From contig JAVJRN010000065.1 in assembly GCA_040218415.1 (NCBI GenBank), forward strand, positions 1-64,000: 64,000 nt of DNA. The letters are read 5' to 3'. This document shows, piece by piece, positions 57,134-64,000 of this stretch. The translations under genes were made by a program, and so were the position numbers. This stretch comes from Cyclobacteriaceae bacterium (GTDB lineage Bacteria > Bacteroidota > Bacteroidia > Cytophagales > Cyclobacteriaceae). A model generated the notes under the pieces. The model was given only the letters and a program-made list of their open reading frames with translations, had not been told where the DNA came from and made no database searches. Within the stretch, counting starts at the first letter, position 1. Each line of letters starts with the position of its first letter.

Positions 57134-59095
57134 CTAGTGTGTTGCTCTGGGTATTCCTGCAAGTTTAGTGGCTTCATCTACATATATTTTGAATTCGTGC
57201 TGATATCTGCTTAGAAAAGCACTCATCTGTGTTTTATCGCTAGGATCAGAGATGAATTCACTCACTTTGAAAGGCTCATGTATAACACAAGAAACAACAT
57301 TTCGCCGTATTCTTCGGTCGAAATGTGCAATGGATATTGGAATAATGTAGGGCTCAGGGTCGCAACCTAAGGCCAGTCTGAAGGCGCCTGACTTGAAAGG
57401 GCCAGGCGATTCTTCCGTGCTGAAACTTGTGCCTTCAGGGCTCATGAGCAGGTTTAAGCCTTTGGATAAGTGATCGCCAGCTTCATTGTAAAAAGCCTGT
57501 CTCTTGGCTTCTAGGTCTTTTTTATGATTATTTTTCACATCCGATTCCGAAGTATACACATCAATATGACCTTGGTTTCCATAATAATCTTGATGACCAT
57601 ATTCGGCACCACGTCCTATTCTGACTATGCGTATTCCTGGGTCTCCATATTTTTTATGCAAAATCATAGAGGAAATAAAATGAGAATCTAACGTTATTTG
57701 AAAATTATTAGGAAGTGTATTGTAAGGATGATTTCGCAAATGGTTGTAGATGAAAATATTACCACCACTTTCAGGCAGTAATTCCATGCCTTTAATGACA
57801 TGGGGGATAGGCTCAAAAAGCTCAATTGATTTTCGGGCAGTGATTTTTCTCACTTTGACAAAAGGTAAATCGCCAGAGTCAACGACCTTTTCATATAAAT
57901 CGACCAAACCTTTATAAAAGCGGGCCTCTTTTTTTACTTCACTTAATTCACTAATCGCATTATCAGCAATATTTTTTTCAACCGAATTTCCATTCTTTTT
58001 AAGGTTATCGAGAAGCTGTAAGCCACTCTGGATGGTGAGTTTGTCTTTGAGTAGATGTGGAAGCTGATGTACTGGTGAATGCAGTGCAAGCTTGGTCGTG
58101 TTTTGATCGATCAAATTGCGAATGGCGATGATTTCCTTGTCAAACTTCAAGGAAATAAGTCGCGCTCTAATGGCTTGGAGCTGATTTCCGATCAGCCACA
58201 TCAGTCGAAAGTAAAATGTTTTGGTGAATGATTGATCTTCTTTAATATACGAGGCTATGCATTCGTTTGGGATGAAGTATAAGACAGTGTCTTGGATCGC
58301 AAATGCATTGACCAGGCTTTTAGCGCCTAAAATACTCGACCAACCAACCACAAAACCGGTACTGGATAACTCACGAAAATTGATGTGTTCACTTTGACTG
58401 TCCTCATAAGTAAAAGCCACCTTTCCGGAGACAAGAATAAACATGCCTTCTGATGTTTTCCCCTGTTCATAGATAGTATCACCATTAAGATACTGGCGCC
58501 TTTCGATACAATTAGCGATGGCCTCTAGTGCTGGCTCATCGAAAATTTCGAAAAAAGGCGATCGCCGAAGAAACAGTTGAATGTCTTCATCTTCTGGTTT
58601 AGAGGTGTGTTGAAATTCCTCAGGGCCATTATTGAAACTAGTATCTGCGAGATTAGGAGAATATTTGCTTAGCAATAAAATGGCTTCTCTTATAAGGAAA
58701 GACGCCCTATCGCAAGTCATTTTTAAAAACTCGATGAAGAGATGCTCATCGGCATTGAGGATGGATAACAAATCATCATAATCCCAACGCATAAAGCTCG
58801 CTCTGGCAGAAGACACTTTTACGGTGGTTGCATAGCGCTTTGGGCTATTCAGTCCGCTCCACCCGATCGGCGTACGGTCTGTATTGCTGTACCCAACCAG
58901 GATTTGTTGCTCTTCGTCCGTCACTGTCAGATGGAAGCTGACCTGGCCATCGATCAGTAAATAAAAGTAATCAGCACGTGCAAACTGCTCGGTTAAAACG
59001 GCTCCAAAATGAAGGGATACTTTCTCCCCCGCACTGAACAGCGAGTCTAAGTCTGAGATGCGAGTCGGTTTTTTAATATTTTTCAAAATTATCAA
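57134..59095 (-). CDS. fusion protein: two cyclic-nucleotide-binding (cNMP) domains + C-terminal lysophospholipid acyltransferase (PlsC/LPLAT-like) domain
   Basis: 653 aa. cNMP-like beta-barrels are at aa ~10-120 and ~170-290 (...GDTIYEQGKTSEGMFILVSGKV...). The C-terminal region has ...MSPEGTSF... and ...KSGAFRLAL... (LPLAT motifs III/IV). Motif I is atypical (...IYNHLRNH...). Confidence 0.55.
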   Translation of the reverse strand: MIILKNIKKPTRISDLDSLFSAGEKVSLHFGAVLTEQFARADYFYLLIDGQVSFHLTVTDEEQQILVGYSNTDRTPIGWSGLNSPKRYATTVKVSSARASFMRWDYDDLLSILNADEHLFIEFLKMTCDRASFLIREAILLLSKYSPNLADTSFNNGPEEFQHTSKPEDEDIQLFLRRSPFFEIFDEPALEAIANCIERRQYLNGDTIYEQGKTSEGMFILVSGKVAFTYEDSQSEHINFRELSSTGFVVGWSSILGAKSLVNAFAIQDTVLYFIPNECIASYIKEDQSFTKTFYFRLMWLIGNQLQAIRARLISLKFDKEIIAIRNLIDQNTTKLALHSPVHQLPHLLKDKLTIQSGLQLLDNLKKNGNSVEKNIADNAISELSEVKKEARFYKGLVDLYEKVVDSGDLPFVKVRKITARKSIELFEPIPHVIKGMELLPESGGNIFIYNHLRNHPYNTLPNNFQITLDSHFISSMILHKKYGDPGIRIVRIGRGAEYGHQDYYGNQGHIDVYTSESDVKNNHKKDLEAKRQAFYNEAGDHLSKGLNLLMSPEGTSFSTEESPGPFKSGAFRLALGCDPEPYIIPISIAHFDRRIRRNVVSCVIHEPFKVSEFISDPSDKTQMSAFLSRYQHEFKIYVDEATKLAGIPRATH

Positions 59096-59352
59096 TCAAT
59101 AATTATGATGAGAAGTGAGATGAGGCCTTTATTTTGAAAATAATCTCAATGATAGTCGAAAATACTGAAAATGTCTACTTTTAGTTTTGAACTTCTAATG
59201 ATTCCTGCTTTCTGTATCAAAGTGTACGATTGTGTACGTTTATGAACATCATCGATATAAGCGCAACGCGATATTTGGCCTGTAGAGGCCGTTTTTTTAA
59301 TCGGCATCATGTTTGGTAAGTTGATTTGCAGAAAAGTTACTACTTATTAAAA

Positions 59353-61068
59353 ATGAAACGAATACTCATAATTATACTCGGGATTTTCATTGCCGCATCA
59401 ACTTTTGCCCAGTCGGTATCCTTGTCGGACGTAAGACCTGAGGAGGTGAAAGGCGTTGGATTTAACTTGTCGAAAGAAACGGAAATTGACATTAATGGGG
59501 CAGGAGCCGTGTTTACGGAAGAGTGGCAAACGCTCGTTTTTTATGCCTGGATCATTGATTCCGATAGTCGCAAAGTGGCTTGGCATCTTTTTGATTTCAT
59601 GAGCGATCGGGACAAAAAGTCAACAGGGATATTTGATTTTCAAACGAAAGTAACCTTAGAGCCGGGAAATTATGAGTTGTACTATGCTGGTATGATCAAT
59701 AATGAAACCTGGAGCAATGACAGCTGGGCGCTAGAGGACTTCAATCGTGTGATTGATCATATTTTTAGCAGCCGTGATTATTCAAAGTACAGATCGTCGC
59801 AGCGCGAAGACTTGTTTGTAACCGTGAAAGCCGACGGTTTAAAAAGTGTCGATATCGCTTCTATTGTTACAGATAAAATTGAAAGTGCCGTCGTATCCTT
59901 CCACAATGTGGGGGATGATGAGGGATTATCGCGAGGTTTTAGCTTAAAGGCAGCAACTGACTTGCGCGTTTATGCGGTAGGTGAAGGCCGTAAGAGTGCC
60001 ATGTTCGATTACTTCTGGATTATGAATGCCGAAAATCGGGAAACAGTCTATAAGATGAATTATCAAAACACAGATTTTGCAGGTGGCGCAAAAAAGAACT
60101 TGAAGTATGATGAGGTCGTCAGACTTCCAGCAGGAAGTTATATTTTAAATTATACCTCGGATGGTTCTCACAGCGCGCGAAGGTGGAATGCCATGCCACC
60201 AGATGATATTCAGTTTTGGGGAGTGACGCTGTGGCCTTCAAGTGAACGAGATGCAGCGAATGTCATCCCATACAAAGCGCCGAAAACGCTCACACCGCTG
60301 GTAGATCTTACCAGAGTGAGAGATGATGAATTGGTTAAAAAAGGCTTAAAACTGGATAAGCCGATGGAAGTAAGGGTATTGTGTCTTGGGGAGGAATCTT
60401 CGTACGAAGAGTTGGCGGATTATGGTTGGATCATAGATGCTGTAAGCCGTGAGAAAGTATGGGAAATGAAACAGTATAGAAGCGAAAGCGCTGGAGGTGC
60501 TGATAAAAATAGAAGGGTTAATGAAGTGATTGCTCTGCCTAAAGGGGAATACATCGTTTACTATGTCACAGACGGATCTCATTCGTATAGAGACTGGAAT
60601 GCCTCCAAGCCTTCCGAGGAAGAAATGTGGGGAATAAGCCTTTGGGCAACCAATGAATCGGATATTCAATCAGTCTCGACTTTCGATCCTGCTGATTATA
60701 AACCAGCCAATGTTTTGTCAAGTATTACCATGATAGGCGACCGTGAGTATGCCAAAAATGATTTTACGCTAAGTGAAACCACCACGCTCCGAATTGTGGG
60801 AATAGGGGAAGGTTCTGATGGAGATATGTATGATTTTGGCTACATCAAAAGTCTCGAATCTGGTAGAATTGTTTGGGACATGGATTACCGCAACTCCGAA
60901 CATGCAGGAGGGGCGAGGAAAAATAGAGCTTTCAATGAAAAAGTGACTTTACCAAAAGGAGAATATCGGGTGTACTTTGAATCAGACGGCTCTCATTCTT
61001 ATCGCAGATGGAATAGCTCGCCACCTACAGACCAAGAAATGTGGGGAATCACCCTATTTAAGGAATAA
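59353..61068 (+). CDS. secreted protein built from four ~140-aa tandem repeats (unknown beta-rich module)
   Basis: Signal peptide starts at the internal Met (MKRILIIILGIFIAASTFAQS). Repeats share D[YF][GF]WI[IM][DN]..., ...AGGA.KN...[EN]..LP.G.Y.....DGSHS.R.WN..PP...[MF]WG[IV][TS]L[WF]. The first repeat is degenerate. Confidence 0.5.
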   Translation: MKRILIIILGIFIAASTFAQSVSLSDVRPEEVKGVGFNLSKETEIDINGAGAVFTEEWQTLVFYAWIIDSDSRKVAWHLFDFMSDRDKKSTGIFDFQTKVTLEPGNYELYYAGMINNETWSNDSWALEDFNRVIDHIFSSRDYSKYRSSQREDLFVTVKADGLKSVDIASIVTDKIESAVVSFHNVGDDEGLSRGFSLKAATDLRVYAVGEGRKSAMFDYFWIMNAENRETVYKMNYQNTDFAGGAKKNLKYDEVVRLPAGSYILNYTSDGSHSARRWNAMPPDDIQFWGVTLWPSSERDAANVIPYKAPKTLTPLVDLTRVRDDELVKKGLKLDKPMEVRVLCLGEESSYEELADYGWIIDAVSREKVWEMKQYRSESAGGADKNRRVNEVIALPKGEYIVYYVTDGSHSYRDWNASKPSEEEMWGISLWATNESDIQSVSTFDPADYKPANVLSSITMIGDREYAKNDFTLSETTTLRIVGIGEGSDGDMYDFGYIKSLESGRIVWDMDYRNSEHAGGARKNRAFNEKVTLPKGEYRVYFESDGSHSYRRWNSSPPTDQEMWGITLFKE

Positions 61069-61126
61069 GGAAATTATACTCCAAATAACAGACTAAAAAT
61101 CCTCGTCATATGCATGCAAATGCAAT

Positions 61127-61159
61127 GCGCCGATCCTGACTAGATCGGCGCTTTTTTTT
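61127..61159 (+). terminator. rho-independent terminator
   Basis: gcgccgatc-ctgacta-gatcggcgc followed by tttttttt. Confidence 0.6.
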
Positions 61160-61178
61160 GATGCTGTTGCCAACTTTG

Positions 61179-61213
61179 GTTCGGCTTTGAAAAAGAGCTT
61201 GTTTATTGGATTC
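61179..61213. repeat. 35-bp direct repeat, copy 1 (GTTCGGCTTTGAAAAAGAGCTTGTTtATTGGATTC)
   Basis: Identical to the 62977..63011 copy except for one base (t/g at position 26). Confidence 0.55.
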
Positions 61214-61444
61214 TTGGGGTTGGTATTTCAATACTGGCTTTTTAGGGAAAAATGAATAAACATGGAAGCCCTAGTAGTATCACAAAGGTTTCTGTACATA
61301 TAGCTCTCAATGGTTTGTTCTGCAATTAAAATCTATTAGATTTAATTTAAATATAAGTCGGATGTCAAGCATTAGTGGTTTTTGTGAGGCATGCATGCTA
61401 TTGAAAAATATTGATTTCAAAACTAATATTTCTACCTTACCAGG

Positions 61445-62362
61445 GTGAATTACGAATTTAAAATATCGGACGCAGTTGAAGAAAATGGCAAGATTGACCT
61501 TGTTAGATTAGCTTCCATTGCGGAAGGAATAAGTAAAATTGCAGAAGGGGCTCTTCAAATCAGACTAAAAGGCGTGAGCCTCACTAAAGGCCGAAAGAAA
61601 GACGCTTTAAAAAAGTCACTAAAAATCACTTTAAGTGGACTGAAAAAAGGAAGTACGATATTGTGTTTGGAATCAGAAAAATTTAAAGATACTTTAGACA
61701 GTGTTCAGCTAGACATATTTCGCGGTGAATCTCAAATTGATTTACCTGAACAAACTCCAATCTCACTATTCGTTTCATCATTTGGTGAAATTTCAAAGAA
61801 TAATGGTGAATCTGAATTGCTAGACAAATATTTATTACGAGAGTTGAAAAATTTCAGAAAATCTTTCATTGGAGAGAACGAAACCTTTACAATCTCTAAT
61901 GAAGGATCATTTGATGGACTTGAATTAAAGAAATCAGATTTTGATAAAATACAGATTTTAGAGGAGGAAACTCCGAAATCACAGCCTGTAATTTTAAACG
62001 GAATCGTTGAAGAACTTAAGTACAGTAAGCTTAAAGTTAAGATACTTACTAATGAAGGGGTCATTAATGGATTCCTGTCTGACGAGTTAAAAGCAAGCGA
62101 TATTTCTCCTTTTTGGGGTAAGGAAATAACAATTACTGGCATGAATCATTTCAAATCCAATATAACTTCAATCGTAGAGATAAAGAAGGTACATCAACCG
62201 ATTGAGTCTGATAATTATTTTTCTAGAAAGTCAAAGAAATCTTCTTCCATTGAAGATCAACTTAAAGAACAGTTAGATAAAAAATCCGGGAATAGACTCT
62301 CAGAAATAGTTGGCAAATGGCCTGATGAGGATAGCTTTGAAGATCTCATTAAAATGCTATAA
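61445..62362 (+). CDS. hypothetical 305-aa K/E/S-rich protein, translationally coupled to the downstream PIN gene
   Basis: Its stop TAA (62360-62362) directly abuts the PIN ATG (taaATG). No recognisable motif. Too large for a typical VapB antitoxin. Confidence 0.4.
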   Translation: MNYEFKISDAVEENGKIDLVRLASIAEGISKIAEGALQIRLKGVSLTKGRKKDALKKSLKITLSGLKKGSTILCLESEKFKDTLDSVQLDIFRGESQIDLPEQTPISLFVSSFGEISKNNGESELLDKYLLRELKNFRKSFIGENETFTISNEGSFDGLELKKSDFDKIQILEEETPKSQPVILNGIVEELKYSKLKVKILTNEGVINGFLSDELKASDISPFWGKEITITGMNHFKSNITSIVEIKKVHQPIESDNYFSRKSKKSSSIEDQLKEQLDKKSGNRLSEIVGKWPDEDSFEDLIKML

Positions 62363-62809
62363 ATGAGAAGGTTTATCCTCGACACTAACATTTGTCTCGC
62401 CTTTGTAAAAGGCCATGAAAGCTATAACTCGATTGAAAAGGATCTAGGATTAGATTCTGAAGATTGTATTAACATAATATTGGTGGTTACGAAAGCCGAA
62501 CTTTTATCATTAGGTAAGAAAAGAGGCTGGGGATCATCTAAGCTAGATAAACTCAATCGGCTACTCGATAGGTTATACGTTATTGATATTAATAACTCCG
62601 ACCATCAATTAATTAAGGCTTACTACACTATTGATTCATTTAGCTAAGGGAAATTAGAAGAAAAGCCATTAAATAGTTCTGCCAAAAACATGGGTAAAAA
62701 TGACCTTTGGATTGCTGCTACTGCTCATGTTGCAAATGCCGAACTTGTAACAATGGATGGAGATTTTGATCATTTGAACTCCCATTTCATAACCGTACAT
62801 AAATATTAA
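62363..62809 (+). pseudogene. PIN-domain (VapC-like) toxin gene interrupted by a single in-frame TAA at 62645-62647
   Basis: The N-terminal fragment (track ORF 62363..62647) is MRRFILDTNICLAFVKG.... The same frame continues after the stop as GKLEEKPLNSSAKNMGKNDLWIAATAHVANAELVTMDGDFDHLNSHFITVHKY*. The NDLWIAATA...TxDxDF C-terminus is classic PIN. Reconstructed length is 148 codons. Confidence 0.55.
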
Positions 62810-62976
62810 CGCATCACAACTGGCGCTAAATATCATTGCTCATAACCGAAGTTTATTTATATTTAAGCCAAGGGAAGCTTCGGTAGGGACTTGCATAGCG
62901 GGGAGCAACGAAGTTTACCTTGACATTACCAGTAACTTTTAATGTCAAATAAAGAAATTTAAACGAGTAAACCCGA

Positions 62977-63011
62977 GTTCGGCTTTGAAAAAGAGCTTGT
63001 TGATTGGATTC
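62977..63011. repeat. 35-bp direct repeat, copy 2 (GTTCGGCTTTGAAAAAGAGCTTGTTgATTGGATTC)
   Basis: See copy 1. The two copies lie 1.8 kb apart and bracket the 305-aa ORF + PIN pseudogene. Confidence 0.55.
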
Positions 63012-63367
63012 ATGGACTAGCTATCCCCAAACTAGCACAACGTATTGACCATAGTAAAACGTTCTGAACGAATCGTGGAATGCATCAGGCAAAGTATTGG
63101 GTATGCTAAACTATACTGTTACTTTTCGTAATGGATCGCAATAAAAATGAACCCTTAACAATAGTTTTATTTGCAGTTACTTCATGGACGCACTACATTG
63201 TACATTAGTGTTAGTGATGAATTATCCGGTATTAGTCGTTTATAAACGTTTGTACTTGGGTTTATCTCTGGTATACAAGCATTTAAAATAATAAAATTAA
63301 AAAAACTATAAGGTAAGTAAACACCATTGTGTGTACTGAAATGTTGTAGTGCATTTAAAAGAACGAC

Positions 63368-63901
63368 ATGGACACAGATATTTTCTTTGAAAAACTCTTC
63401 ATTAATTGTGAATTAGCGGATAACATTTGTCTTGACCTCAATATTACGAGAGAGGAATACAGTGAATTTGCAAAGAAATTGGATAATGAACGAAAGAATG
63501 AAATCCAAATCATAAGACGTATTCGCTCACTTTATCACAACAAGAAGAATCTAGAAGGATTTAGTTTCGAAAGTTTTAACCATTTTTACAGGTGGCACAG
63601 AATTCAACATCAAAGCCAAGAAGGCAAATGCTACTACTGTAAGACAGACGAGAAGGTAATTGCCAATCTTTTTGAGAAAAAATTCCAAAACCGCAAGCGA
63701 ACGACAAGGGGAAAACATTTAGAAATTGAAAGAAGAGATACAACAGACAATCTTTACAATGAAGAAAATTGTGTTTTAGCTTGCTATTTCTGTAACAATG
63801 ACAAAAGTGACATTTTCGAAGAAAACGAATATCTCGAATACTTGAGAGACAGAAAAGGGTTTTTAACCACACAATTTGAAATATTAAATGGTAATAGGTA
63901 A
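63368..63901 (+). CDS. HNH endonuclease-domain protein
   Basis: 177 aa. ...EGKCYYCKTDEK...GKHLEIERRDTTDNLYNEENCVLACYFCNNDKSD... gives CxxC ... H ... N ... N ... CxxC, the HNH zinc-finger nuclease layout. Confidence 0.55.
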   Translation: MDTDIFFEKLFINCELADNICLDLNITREEYSEFAKKLDNERKNEIQIIRRIRSLYHNKKNLEGFSFESFNHFYRWHRIQHQSQEGKCYYCKTDEKVIANLFEKKFQNRKRTTRGKHLEIERRDTTDNLYNEENCVLACYFCNNDKSDIFEENEYLEYLRDRKGFLTTQFEILNGNR

Positions 63902-64000
63902 GGAAGCCAATACAGTTTATTTTTCTGAAAAACTACGGTCTGATGAGCGTTTTACAAAGACTTGTAATTCTCTGACTGATATTCTTGACAGGCATTCCAT

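Noticed and set aside
62645-62647. Programmed stop-codon readthrough or recoding in the PIN gene
   Set aside because: TAA is the least readthrough-prone stop, and no recoding signals (SECIS, slippery heptamer) are nearby. A nonsense mutation or sequencing error is the simpler explanation.

Overview
This 64-kb window looks like a Bacteroidetes (Cytophagia/Flavobacteriia-like) chromosome segment, about 40% GC by eye and densely coding. I call about 55 CDSs and one tRNA-Lys(UUU). I see no rRNA, no CRISPR array and no transposase or integrase.

Most of the window is ordinary core or envelope content. This includes an oxyR fragment at the left edge, a lytic transglycosylase, YebC, an LptD-like outer-membrane protein with an amidase and MlaD, an acyl-CoA carboxyltransferase and a fasciclin lipoprotein. 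Two LytS-type HK / LytTR RR pairs bracket a GH31 hydrolase and a TonB-dependent receptor. Further right are GalE, GT4 enzymes, NhaC, pirin, MscS and a FAN1-like VRR-NUC nuclease.

The stand-out region is 25.0-40.1 kb. A co-directional array there joins YbjN-like + PspA/IM30, a YqiJ(NfeD-like) + YqiK-type flotillin pair, a 1628-aa protein carrying a single MoxR/AAA_5-type ATPase module, a DUF4178-like protein, a Ser/Arg-tailed lipoprotein, a tandem-DUF350 membrane protein and a membrane-anchored aminopropyltransferase. A divergent second membrane aminopropyltransferase-like gene follows, translationally coupled to speH. I read this as a membrane-stress/polyamine super-locus. I cannot place its giant ATPase component in any system I know.

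Other points of interest:
- An SRAP / tRNA-Lys / XRE-HTH+S24 repressor neighbourhood, transcribed divergently from the PspA locus.
- A double-cNMP-binding / lysophospholipid-acyltransferase fusion.
- A secreted protein built from four ~140-aa tandem repeats.
- An AT-rich islet at the right edge. It carries a PIN (VapC-like) gene interrupted by an in-frame TAA, is bounded by 35-bp direct repeats, and sits next to an HNH nuclease gene.

All domain calls come from reading the translated motifs. No database searches were run.
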